Origin: a virus
IMG/VR virus record: IMGVR_UViG_3300027779_002770
Span: 18,660-82,659 of that record
Reading direction: 5' to 3' (one strand)
Length of the DNA: 64,000 nt
The translations under genes were made by a program, and so were the position numbers. Below are positions 10,750-20,045 of this stretch, piece by piece. Every line of letters begins with the position of its first letter. The stretch's first letter is position 1. A model generated the notes under the pieces. That model had not been told where the DNA came from. It ran no database searches and saw nothing but the letters and a program-made list of their open reading frames with translations.

Positions 10750-11102
10750 TGGAACGGCTAGAAGAAATATACGAACTACAGAAACATTTTACAGAAAGAT
10801 TCTTTAAAGAAAAACAAGGGTTAACATTAGATGAAGTAAGATCTGATAAAGAACAACTTGTAAAATGGAACAAAGAATACATACTCGCTTTAATAGCTGA
10901 GGCGACTGAGGTTTTAAACGAAGTTGATTGGAAGATGCATAAAAAAATGAATCTTCCAAATGATGCAAGAGAACGATTACTGGAAGAAAGTATTGATGTC
11001 ATGAAATTCTTATTGGGACTGATGATAGTCAATGGATTCAGCCTTGAAGACATCTATACTATGTTTGTAAAGAAATCAAAAATAGTTGAAAAAAGACTAT
11101 AA
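10749..11102 (+). CDS. all-alpha dimeric dUTPase/dCTPase (T4 gp56 / MazG-like superfamily)
   Basis: AEATEVLNEVDWKMHK and EESIDVMKF motifs; GTG start. Confidence 0.78.
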   Translation: MERLEEIYELQKHFTERFFKEKQGLTLDEVRSDKEQLVKWNKEYILALIAEATEVLNEVDWKMHKKMNLPNDARERLLEESIDVMKFLLGLMIVNGFSLEDIYTMFVKKSKIVEKRL

Positions 11103-11108
11103 AAAGCC

Positions 11109-11137
11109 TTTACACTTAAGCGAAAAAGGCTTAGATT
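11109..11137 (+). promoter_or_regulatory. sigma70-like phage promoter TTTACA-N17-TAGATT upstream of dnaE
   Basis: One of nine intergenic copies of CCTTT(AC/CA)W-N17-TA(G/T)ATT. Confidence 0.7.
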
Positions 11138-11162
11138 CTAATACAATAAAAAAGGTAATAAT

Positions 11163-14100
11163 TTGTCATTAAAAAATATAACACCACCAGATAGATTCAC
11201 CGGGTTACATTCACACACAACATTTAGTACATTCGATGCAATAGGCTACCCATCAGATCATATTGATTTTATTACAAGTGATCCGCAAGGCGGCGATTCA
11301 TGGGCAATTACTGATCATGGAAATGGTAACGGATTAGGCCACGCAAATGCGCATGCCAATATAGTTAAAAAGTCTGGTAGAAAATATCGTCAGTTATACG
11401 GTGTTGAATTTTATTTTATACCCTCAATAAAAACTTGGCAGCAACAATATGAAGCACATCGTGCAACTGTTCAAGCAGAAAGAGATGCTAAAAAACAAGA
11501 GAAGCTAGCAAATACACCAGTTATTATTGATGCTGAAAAAGAAGTAGAGGCAGGCGGCCATGTGTTAGAGGACGAATCTGAAACAAAGGGCTCTGCAAAA
11601 GGTAAACCGGCTTGGAAGAGGTATCATCATCTAGTTGTTGTTGCAAAAAATAGGCAAGGATTAGCTAATCTATTTACACTTGTTAAGAAGTCTTATAAAG
11701 ATGGATTCTATAGATTCCCTCGTATTGATTTTGAAATGCTTAAAGCACATGGTGATGGGCTAGTTGTATCAACAGCATGTGTTGGAGGCCTGGCATCGGG
11801 TATAATTTACAATGAGTTTCAAGATTTAACTTTTGATCAATTCCATCCTGATCTATTAAATAATTCATTGAAATACAATACAATCATGAAAAGATTAACA
11901 AATATGACTGATTATTTTGTTGATTGCGTTGGGCCAGAGAACTTCTTCCTAGAAATACAATTTAATAAATTAACAGCACAACAAATGACAAATCGTATGT
12001 TGCTTGATTTATCTAAAAATACAGGTATCAAATTAGTTGCAACTGCTGATTCACATTATCCATCACCTGATGTTTGGGAGGCAAGAGAACTTTATAAAAA
12101 ATTAGGTTGGTTTAGCAACGATCCTAAAAAGATGATACTCCCAAAAGAAGAAGAACTAAAGTGCTTATTATACCCTAAAAATGCACAACAGATGTGGTCT
12201 GAATTTACAGAAAATTATAATGAATATGATTTTTATAAAGGTCATGAAACTGAAGTTCGCGATGCGATAAATAGAACACATGATATTGCGTGGGATCTAT
12301 GTGAAGATACATGGATTGATCAATCAGCAAAGCTACCAATTCACGGAACAACAGAAAAACCTGCATTTAATATGCTTGTTGATTTAGCTAGAGAGGGCTT
12401 GATCCGTGAAGGCTTAGATAAAAAACAGGAATATATTGATCGTACAAAAAAAGAGTTAGCAGATATAAAGACACTTGGTCATGAATCATATTTTATAACA
12501 ATGTATCAGATCTTTGACAAGTCTTCCAAGCGGACATTATTGGGCCCCGGTCGTGGTTCAGGCGCAGGTAGTCTTGTAAACTTCTTATTAGGAATAACTC
12601 AGCTTGATCCACTTGAATATGGCTTATTATGGGAAAGATTTTTAGGACCGCATAAAGTATCCTGGCCAGATATTGATACTGATGCAGGTGATCGCGATGT
12701 CCTAATTGAGGTATCAAAAGAGCTGTATGGCGAAGAATCAGTTATTCCTGTATCAAATTTCAATACACTAAAATTAAAATCACTTCTTAAAGATGTATCA
12801 AAGTTTTATGGCGTACCATTTGCAGAAGTAAACAATCTTTCAAACGGACTCCAGGAAGAAGTCATGCCTTTTGCACGTGGTGATAATGAAGAAAAATCAA
12901 TGTTCATGCTTAAACATGAAGATTGTATGGAACATTCCAAACGTTACAAAGATTTTATGGAAAAATATCCTAATGTTGCAAGACAAATCAGTTCTTTATT
13001 TTTACAAAATAGAAGTATTGGACGACATGCAGGCGGTGTTATAATAGCACCTGAAAAAGATCTCACAAGCTGTATGCCTATTATATCAGTTAGAGGTGAA
13101 TTACAAACACCGTGGTCTGAAGGCATGAATGTTAGAAATTTAGAACCTAATGGATTCCTTAAATTTGATTTCTTAGGTTTAACATTGTTACGAGATGTAG
13201 AAAATTGTATTAGACGTATTCTTAAAAAACAAGGTAATTCTGATCCAACATTTTTAGAAGTAAAAGAGTTCTTTGATAAAAAATTAAATTGTCGAAATGC
13301 AAAGATGGATGACCCAAAAGTCTGGAAACATGTGTATGAAGATGGAAAGTTTACAGCAATCTTCCAGTTTACTGCAGATGGTGCAAGACGATTTTGTCTA
13401 GACGCAAAGCCAACCGACATTGAAACACTTGGAGCGATAACAGCAATCTACAGACCTGGTCCGCTTAAAGCTAATGTACATCAAAAATTTGTTAAAAATA
13501 AACGACAAGCAGCGATGATAGACTATGATCATCCTTTAATTGAAAAAATATTAGGACCAACATTCAATAATATTGTATTTCAAGAACAGTTCATGTTGCT
13601 AGCACAAGATCTTTCAGGCTTTACATTAGGTGAGGCAGATAAGCTTAGGAAGACATTAGTTAAGATGTCACATGATTCTCTTAGCGGTAAGAAAAATGAA
13701 AGACAATTTGCAAAAGAGAAGTTTATTTCTGGTGCTAAGAAGCTTAATGGCATTGATGAAAAAATTACAACTGATTTGTGGGAAAAAATTGAAGCATTTT
13801 CTACGTATGGATTTAATAAATCACATGCAATTGCTTACGCAATTGACTCTTACTATGGTGCATGGTTACACACATATTATGAAGTAGAATGGTTAGCAAC
13901 AATACTTGATTCTGAAAATAATAATCCCAAAGGCTTAACAAAAACAATTTCTGAAATAAAATCTTATGGCTACCAAATTATTGATGCTGATATAAACTAT
14001 TCTGGTATACAATGGGAATATTCAACTGAAATAGATGCATTTGTTCCTCCGCTATCTTCAATCAAAGGTGTAGGTGCTGCAGCAATGAATGAAGTTATGG

Positions 14101-14798
14101 GAGCTAGACCCTTTAGAAATATTAAAGAATTGTTATATGATTCTGAAGGTAGCTGGAGATGGTCAAAGTTTAATAAGTCTGCAATTAAATCACTGTGTAC
14201 TGTTGAGGCATTAGGCTCGATTGCGGAATTCAATAATGGAACTTTAAATAATCATAATCAATTACTCCACGTGCTAACAGATGATAAAAATTATGAAACA
14301 CTTAGAAAGCACATAAGCGGTTTAACAAAGACACAACGTCAGAAACTTGAAAAGCAAAATGAATACCCAACAGACTATATTGATGGATTATTTAGTAAAT
14401 ATGCAGATATTCCTGATTGGTCTAGAATGGAAAAGATCGAGAATTATGCTTCAATGACAGCAACAATAAAAAATGATCTTGTATTTCCGGAAGAAGTTAT
14501 GGACCAAATTGGCTTACATAATGTAATATGTGCTTTTGATATACCTGAAGGGACAAGGAAGCAAGGATGGTTTTCTGTTATTGAAAAGACTAAAAAGAAA
14601 TCAAAAAATAATAGAGTTTTCTGGAGTCTAAAGATAATCGATAATCAAAATAATACAGGCTGGTTACGTGTTTGGGGCGATTTTTACGAAGATAAAGAGC
14701 CAGGTAAATATACATTTTGTCTTGCTGATATTCACAATGATTCACAATGGGGAATGTCAACAAATGCAGCAAAATTTAAAATAATACCTTTACAATAA
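11163..14798 (+). CDS. dnaE: DNA polymerase III alpha subunit (family C)
   Basis: PHP domain (HSH..FS..D, ITDHG, ADSHY), GRGSGAGS, PDIDTD, HAGGV, KFDFLGL, YGFNKSHA; TTG start. Confidence 0.95.
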   Translation: MSLKNITPPDRFTGLHSHTTFSTFDAIGYPSDHIDFITSDPQGGDSWAITDHGNGNGLGHANAHANIVKKSGRKYRQLYGVEFYFIPSIKTWQQQYEAHRATVQAERDAKKQEKLANTPVIIDAEKEVEAGGHVLEDESETKGSAKGKPAWKRYHHLVVVAKNRQGLANLFTLVKKSYKDGFYRFPRIDFEMLKAHGDGLVVSTACVGGLASGIIYNEFQDLTFDQFHPDLLNNSLKYNTIMKRLTNMTDYFVDCVGPENFFLEIQFNKLTAQQMTNRMLLDLSKNTGIKLVATADSHYPSPDVWEARELYKKLGWFSNDPKKMILPKEEELKCLLYPKNAQQMWSEFTENYNEYDFYKGHETEVRDAINRTHDIAWDLCEDTWIDQSAKLPIHGTTEKPAFNMLVDLAREGLIREGLDKKQEYIDRTKKELADIKTLGHESYFITMYQIFDKSSKRTLLGPGRGSGAGSLVNFLLGITQLDPLEYGLLWERFLGPHKVSWPDIDTDAGDRDVLIEVSKELYGEESVIPVSNFNTLKLKSLLKDVSKFYGVPFAEVNNLSNGLQEEVMPFARGDNEEKSMFMLKHEDCMEHSKRYKDFMEKYPNVARQISSLFLQNRSIGRHAGGVIIAPEKDLTSCMPIISVRGELQTPWSEGMNVRNLEPNGFLKFDFLGLTLLRDVENCIRRILKKQGNSDPTFLEVKEFFDKKLNCRNAKMDDPKVWKHVYEDGKFTAIFQFTADGARRFCLDAKPTDIETLGAITAIYRPGPLKANVHQKFVKNKRQAAMIDYDHPLIEKILGPTFNNIVFQEQFMLLAQDLSGFTLGEADKLRKTLVKMSHDSLSGKKNERQFAKEKFISGAKKLNGIDEKITTDLWEKIEAFSTYGFNKSHAIAYAIDSYYGAWLHTYYEVEWLATILDSENNNPKGLTKTISEIKSYGYQIIDADINYSGIQWEYSTEIDAFVPPLSSIKGVGAAAMNEVMGARPFRNIKELLYDSEGSWRWSKFNKSAIKSLCTVEALGSIAEFNNGTLNNHNQLLHVLTDDKNYETLRKHISGLTKTQRQKLEKQNEYPTDYIDGLFSKYADIPDWSRMEKIENYASMTATIKNDLVFPEEVMDQIGLHNVICAFDIPEGTRKQGWFSVIEKTKKKSKNNRVFWSLKIIDNQNNTGWLRVWGDFYEDKEPGKYTFCLADIHNDSQWGMSTNAAKFKIIPLQ

Positions 14799-14817
14799 CA
14801 TGAAAAAGTATTAGATT
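14789..14817 (+). promoter_or_regulatory. sigma70-like promoter, probably giving a leaderless mRNA
   Basis: TTTACA-N17-TAGATT; ATG at 14823 only 5 nt after the -10 box; no SD. Confidence 0.6.
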
Positions 14818-14822
14818 CTATT

Positions 14823-15731
14823 ATGCTATTATTAAATAATATTACACTTGAAGGTGCAGATTTGGCAGGAAAAACTACGCTAATGAAAAGACTTCACAAA
14901 GAGACAAAAAATAAATACAATATTATTGACAGATCTCTTATGTCAGCGCTAGTTTATGCTAGGTTATATAAACGACCAAATATCTCACTTCTAGAAAAAC
15001 AACTAAGAGATGATTTAAATAACTTAAATAATCGGACAATCGTATTAATGCCAGATTTAGAGTTATTAGGAGAGCGATACAATAAAAGAGGTGATGAGAT
15101 TCAAAATTGGCATGGAATTATAAAGATAAGAGAAGCATACGAAGAAGTATTAAATATTTATGAATCATTTAGCACTGTCCATGTTGTTAGAAACTCATCT
15201 GAACTCCCATGGGAACCACATGATGAAGTATTGAAATATCTTGCGAATAGTGAGACTAGTGATATTCCTTATCAAGTTAGACAAAATGCTATTGCTTCTG
15301 ATAATGAAGCATTTCCGGTAACATTTGAAGTTAATCTTAGCGCTAGTTTTATGACATCACATGCTGATGCATTAGAACATCAATCTGAAAAAGCTTATTA
15401 TACAAAAATACTTTCTAAGATGTTGACAACAATTACAAAAGAAAATATTGGTGATAATCCTTACGGCAAACCACAAGATCCAAAAGCTACGAGACGATAT
15501 ATTTATGCAGATGATTCTTGTATAGCATTATTTCATATGATGTATCGCAAAGATAGATTAAATTTCTATGCAACGTTAAGGTCATCAGATGTTGTAAATA
15601 TATTTGAACACGATTATAAATTCTTATTGTATTTATGTGGTCAATGTGCAAAAGCCGTGGGAATAAAAGATTATGAAATACCAAAAGAAAATACGTTAAC
15701 AATTACGCTACATTCAGCACACATAACATAA
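14823..15731 (+). CDS. dNMP kinase fused to a thymidylate-synthase-fold (dCMP hydroxymethylase-like) domain
   Basis: N-terminal EGADLAGKTT and IIDRS; C-terminal SC..., RSSDVVNIFEHDY, LHSAH. Confidence 0.75.
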   Translation: MLLLNNITLEGADLAGKTTLMKRLHKETKNKYNIIDRSLMSALVYARLYKRPNISLLEKQLRDDLNNLNNRTIVLMPDLELLGERYNKRGDEIQNWHGIIKIREAYEEVLNIYESFSTVHVVRNSSELPWEPHDEVLKYLANSETSDIPYQVRQNAIASDNEAFPVTFEVNLSASFMTSHADALEHQSEKAYYTKILSKMLTTITKENIGDNPYGKPQDPKATRRYIYADDSCIALFHMMYRKDRLNFYATLRSSDVVNIFEHDYKFLLYLCGQCAKAVGIKDYEIPKENTLTITLHSAHIT

Positions 15732-16165
15732 TGCCAAATTATAACAAGTACTTTAAACAAATATTAAAAGAGACAGCTGCTATGTCAACATGTGCAAGGG
15801 TACAAGTTGGTTGTGTAATTGTAAGAGATGGAAGAATAATATCAACAGGATGGAACGGTGTACCTGCTGGACAAGAGCATTGTAAAGATGAGTATGTATT
15901 TGGTGGTTTGCCAATTGAATCACATCACACATGGTCAACAAAGCATGAAGTTCATGCTGAGACAAACGCAATAGGCTATGCTGCGAAAAATGGGGTAGCT
16001 ACACAAGGTGCAACAATTTACACGTCAGTCTCACCTTGTATTGACTGCGCAAAATTAATAATAGCAGCAGGTATAAAGTGTGTTTATTATATAGACGAGT
16101 ATGATAGAAGTAATACTGGAGAAGCATTTTTACGTAGAAATAAAATAGGTTGTACAAAATTATGA
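15731..16165 (+). CDS. dCMP deaminase
   Basis: STC.R.QVG, GWNG, HAETNAI, SPCIDC. Confidence 0.92.
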   Translation: MPNYNKYFKQILKETAAMSTCARVQVGCVIVRDGRIISTGWNGVPAGQEHCKDEYVFGGLPIESHHTWSTKHEVHAETNAIGYAAKNGVATQGATIYTSVSPCIDCAKLIIAAGIKCVYYIDEYDRSNTGEAFLRRNKIGCTKL

Positions 16166-16572
16166 AAAGAATAAATAGAAATCTTTACAAGATAGAAGAA
16201 GATGATAGAGACAGTGCTGAAAGCAAGAACTGGAACAACAGCATAAATACTTTTATAGGTAATCTTTCTGAGATAGCAGCATGCAGTTATTTGGGAATTG
16301 ACTGGTCAACAGCAGATAAAGCTACAGCTGATATTATCGATGATGATGGGCTAAGGTATCAAGTAAAAGGGACAAAAGAAGGGTTCAATAAAAAAAGATA
16401 CTGGCTAGAACAGGGTATAACTAAACAATTTGATAGGTACATATTTGTTGTAGTTGATGAAGAAGAAAAGTTTGCTAAAATAGAAATGGATGTAGTTAAG
16501 CAAATACCACACCAAAACGTGCATGAAGTCACATTAAGTGGTAAAAGGCTTCAAGCTATATTTAGAAAATAG
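16150..16572 (+). CDS. putative PD-(D/E)xK endonuclease
   Basis: G..SE, ADIID, YQVKG pattern; start may be ATG 16162. Confidence 0.45.
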   Translation: MYKIMKRINRNLYKIEEDDRDSAESKNWNNSINTFIGNLSEIAACSYLGIDWSTADKATADIIDDDGLRYQVKGTKEGFNKKRYWLEQGITKQFDRYIFVVVDEEEKFAKIEMDVVKQIPHQNVHEVTLSGKRLQAIFRK

Positions 16573-16580
16573 GAGTTGTA

Positions 16581-16997
16581 ATGAGTATCAGAGAGAGTGA
16601 TATGACAATAAAAAAGAGTTTAAAGAAGAATGCAAGAACGCAGGCTGGGAGACAGAAAAGTAATGCAGAATCAGTACTTAGACAAGCTTACCCTCAAATG
16701 ATCAATGAATTTAGACAAATTCAAGAAGAACAATTTGATTTATTTTGTAAAAAGCAGCATGATTACGGCCCAGGGAATATTTCAGTTGGAACACAATTAC
16801 AGACAGAAGAAGAAATAAAATTATCTCTTACAGGATTATGGTTCAGAATTAATGACAAATGCCAGAGACTAAAAACTTTGTTAATGAACAACCGAGAAAG
16901 TGCAGTTAAAGATGAACCATTAGAAGATACATTTCTTGACATTTCTAATTATGGAATTATGGCAACTATTGTCAGTAGAGGGAAGTGGGGTAAATAA
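16581..16997 (+). CDS. nucleotide modification associated domain 1 (DUF1599/Nmad1) protein
   Basis: KKQHDYG, FRINDKCQRL, EPLEDTFLDISNY. Confidence 0.8.
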   Translation: MSIRESDMTIKKSLKKNARTQAGRQKSNAESVLRQAYPQMINEFRQIQEEQFDLFCKKQHDYGPGNISVGTQLQTEEEIKLSLTGLWFRINDKCQRLKTLLMNNRESAVKDEPLEDTFLDISNYGIMATIVSRGKWGK

Positions 16998-17000
16998 CTA

Positions 17001-17864
17001 ATGGGAAGAATTAGCTGGTCGCAAGTCCAAACATATACACAGTGTCCTTATAAGTGGAAGTTAAATTATATTGATGGGCACAAAACATTCACAGATTCAA
17101 TATTTACAGTGTATGGTAAGGCACTTCACGATACACTACAAACATACTTAACAAAAATGTATTCTGTGTCTATTAAAGAAGCTGACGAAATAGATTTGTC
17201 AAATATGGTCGTTGACAGGCTTAAGTATCATTATGGTGAAGGTGTTAAAAATGCAAATGGAGTTCATTTTTCTACACAATCACAACTAACTGAGTTTTGT
17301 ATTCAAGGAGCAAAAGCACTTGATTGGTTTAAACGACATAGATCTGATTATTTTAACAAGAAAGACTGGGAATTATTGGGTGTTGAGACACCGATAGAGA
17401 CACATTATAAGACTGTAGACGTGCTGGGCTATATTGATGTATTAATGAGAAATACAAAGACAGGTCGAATTAAGGTTATTGATATCAAGACATCAACTAG
17501 AGGCTGGAAAAAAGAAAAGACAGACCAAATGAAGCGAGGCCAACTTTTATTTTATAAAAAATTCACAGCTGAAAAATATAATGTCGATATTTCAATGGTA
17601 GATGTAGAATTCATTATCGTAAAACGAATGGTGTGGGAAAATTCAGACTTTCCAGTAAAATATATTCAAAGATTTGAGCCACCGTCTGCAGGTGTATCAA
17701 TTAATAGAATTTTTGATAAAGTTGACCTATTTATTAGTGAATGTTTTAATAAAGATGGAAGTTACAAGGTAGAAACAAAGTATGAAAAACTTGGCGTACA
17801 AAATAAATGTAAGTGGTGTGAATTTGCGGACAAGCCAGCACTATGCGATAAGGGCAAATCATGA
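17001..17864 (+). CDS. PD-(D/E)xK (Cas4/RecB-like) exonuclease
   Basis: SWSQ...QCP, G.ALH, GYIDVL, IDIKT, QL.FY, CKWCEF..C. Confidence 0.85.
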   Translation: MGRISWSQVQTYTQCPYKWKLNYIDGHKTFTDSIFTVYGKALHDTLQTYLTKMYSVSIKEADEIDLSNMVVDRLKYHYGEGVKNANGVHFSTQSQLTEFCIQGAKALDWFKRHRSDYFNKKDWELLGVETPIETHYKTVDVLGYIDVLMRNTKTGRIKVIDIKTSTRGWKKEKTDQMKRGQLLFYKKFTAEKYNVDISMVDVEFIIVKRMVWENSDFPVKYIQRFEPPSAGVSINRIFDKVDLFISECFNKDGSYKVETKYEKLGVQNKCKWCEFADKPALCDKGKS

Positions 17865-18289
17865 TACCAACTGTTAGAATACCAGCAAATTTTATAATGT
17901 CTGAATATAGAGATCCAGTTTGGAAATATATTTCTAATACAATTGATGAAACTAAAGACTTTATACTGTGTATTTATTGTGACACTACACATGATATGGC
18001 AGAAGTTGCAAATTTTGTTGATAGCCATAGTGAAAAATTAAGAATAAAGACAACAATAAAGGTTTGGGATGTATGCAAACAAGAAAGAGTGTTCTTGGAT
18101 GTACCAAATGGCAACAAAACAGACGCTAGATTTGTTGTAGGACGACATAATGTTGATGGAATTATAGCAGCTATGGTTTTTTTAAGAAGTCATTTTGAAT
18201 TTCTTAGTCGCGAGAAAACAGGACATCCTGTTATAAAACATCAAAAAAGGAACGATTCAAAGAATTATGATGGTATATATAAAAAGTAA
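17861..18289 (+). CDS. hypothetical protein
   Basis: ATGA-coupled 142-aa ORF. Confidence 0.55.
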   Translation: MIPTVRIPANFIMSEYRDPVWKYISNTIDETKDFILCIYCDTTHDMAEVANFVDSHSEKLRIKTTIKVWDVCKQERVFLDVPNGNKTDARFVVGRHNVDGIIAAMVFLRSHFEFLSREKTGHPVIKHQKRNDSKNYDGIYKK

Positions 18290-18307
18290 TTTTTTATCTC
18301 ATTTCTT

Positions 18308-18341
18308 GATATATATTAAAAATAGATATATATTAAAAATA
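18308..18341 (+). repeat. perfect 17-bp tandem repeat GATATATATTAAAAATA x2 containing the ATATATATTA motif
   Basis: Copies at 18308-18324 and 18325-18341. Confidence 0.85.
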
Positions 18342-18350
18342 AAGGATGTT

Positions 18351-18566
18351 ATGATGATAAAACAAACACATGATTTTTGGAAATTGACATCGATTAAAGT
18401 GCTAGTAGAACTATACACGGACTTTCGAAAAAGCAGTAAATCAGAGAATATGACACTACAAAAACTAGTTAATAGATCAATGTATCTTTTTCTAAACGAT
18501 CCAGATTTTAAAAGTACTATAAAAGATGTTAATGAATTAAAAGAAAACTATAAAAAAGGTTATTAA
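18351..18566 (+). CDS. small putative DNA-binding (ribbon-helix-helix-like) protein
   Basis: LTSIKV..ELY..FR...TLQKLVNRSM pattern; start moved to ATG 18351 after AAAGGA SD. Confidence 0.5.
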   Translation: MMIKQTHDFWKLTSIKVLVELYTDFRKSSKSENMTLQKLVNRSMYLFLNDPDFKSTIKDVNELKENYKKGY

Positions 18567-20045
18567 ATGCTTAAGCTAGGTGACGTTCGTAATGGATACG
18601 AAGTTCTCCCGCATAACAAAAGAAAAACAGTCCTGCTATTAAGTGACGATTTAAGAATGACGTCAGGTGTCGGGAATATGTCAAGAGAATTTGTTATGGG
18701 AACTTTGCATCAAATTAATTGGATTCAAATTGGTGGTGCAATAAACCATCCAGACGCTGATAAGGCGATAGACATGAATGAAGATGTGCAAAAAAGAACT
18801 GGAATTGAAGACGCATATTTAAAAATACATCCAGTAAATGGTTATGGAAACCAAGAGATTGTTCGACAATGTCTAAATTTTTATAAACCTGATGCAATCA
18901 TGATCTATACAGATCCAAGATTCTGGGGATGGTTGTTCCAAATGGAAAATGAAATACGTCAAAATCTGCCTATTTTTTATTACAATATATGGGATGATCT
19001 TCCGTACCCGATGTGGAACCAAAAATATTATGATTCTGTAGATGCATTATTTAATATATCACGACAAAGTGTTAATATTGTAAAGCAAGTAAGATCATCA
19101 TACGAAGATTGGCAAGCAACATACATTCCGCATGGTATCAATGAAGATGATTTTTTTCCATTACCTAAGAAATATGAGAAACAAAAAGAATACGAAGAAT
19201 TTAAAAAAGATGCATTGCAACACAGTAAAAAAGATTTTGTACTTTTCTATAATGCTAGAAATATTAGAAGGAAATTACCAGCAGATATTGTTTATGCGTA
19301 TAGAACATTTTGTGATTCTATTCCAAAAGAAGATGCTGCTAGGTGTTTATTATTAATGCATTGTGCACCAGCAGATGAAAATGGAACTGATCTTCCTGAA
19401 GTTGTAGCAAATTTATGCCCTGATTATTCTGTTGGCTTCTCTTCCGGAAAGCTTGAAAGAGAACAAATGAATTGGTTATATAATTTATCAGATTGTTCGA
19501 TACTAATAAGTTCTAATGAAGGATTTGGCTTAATGGGTGCAGAATCATTAATTACTGGCACGCCATTAATTGTAAATGTTTCAGGCGGAATGCAAGATTA
19601 TTGTGGATTTAAAAAAGAAAACGGAGAGTATCTAACAGTTGATGATTACACTCTAGAGTGGGGATCAAATCATGATGGACGATATAAGGATCACGGTGAG
19701 TGGGTATTTCCTGTATATCCAATGTCGCGATCAATTCAGGGCTCAATACCAACTCCATATATTTCTGATGATAGACCTGATTGGCAAGATGTTGCAATAC
19801 AAATTAAAAAAGCATGGTCTATGAGAGGTAAGAAATTACAAGAAGCAGGTATGAAAGGAAGAGAATTTATTCTTGATCCGGAAATAGGAATGACATCATC
19901 AGAAATGTGTAGAAGGTTTGTACATGATATGCATCAAGTATGGGAAAACTGGAAACCAAGAGCAAGAATGACAATAGATAATGCTACATTATGGAATCCA
20001 AGAAAGATAAAATTTAACGGTCTAACATTAAACAAGGAGATATAA
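18567..20045 (+). CDS. GT-B (GT4-like) glycosyltransferase
   Basis: SGVG, YIPHG, RNIRRK, SNEGFGL..AES..GTP. Confidence 0.85.
   Translation: MLKLGDVRNGYEVLPHNKRKTVLLLSDDLRMTSGVGNMSREFVMGTLHQINWIQIGGAINHPDADKAIDMNEDVQKRTGIEDAYLKIHPVNGYGNQEIVRQCLNFYKPDAIMIYTDPRFWGWLFQMENEIRQNLPIFYYNIWDDLPYPMWNQKYYDSVDALFNISRQSVNIVKQVRSSYEDWQATYIPHGINEDDFFPLPKKYEKQKEYEEFKKDALQHSKKDFVLFYNARNIRRKLPADIVYAYRTFCDSIPKEDAARCLLLMHCAPADENGTDLPEVVANLCPDYSVGFSSGKLEREQMNWLYNLSDCSILISSNEGFGLMGAESLITGTPLIVNVSGGMQDYCGFKKENGEYLTVDDYTLEWGSNHDGRYKDHGEWVFPVYPMSRSIQGSIPTPYISDDRPDWQDVAIQIKKAWSMRGKKLQEAGMKGREFILDPEIGMTSSEMCRRFVHDMHQVWENWKPRARMTIDNATLWNPRKIKFNGLTLNKEI

Noticed and set aside
8858-11102. Z-genome (2-aminoadenine) or 7-deazaguanine pathway
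   Set aside because: HD and MazG-like enzymes are present, but no PurZ, QueC/D/E, FolE or DpdA is in the window.
6819-14798. Inteins or introns in nrdJ or dnaE
   Set aside because: Protein lengths are normal and no intein splice motifs or frame breaks are evident.
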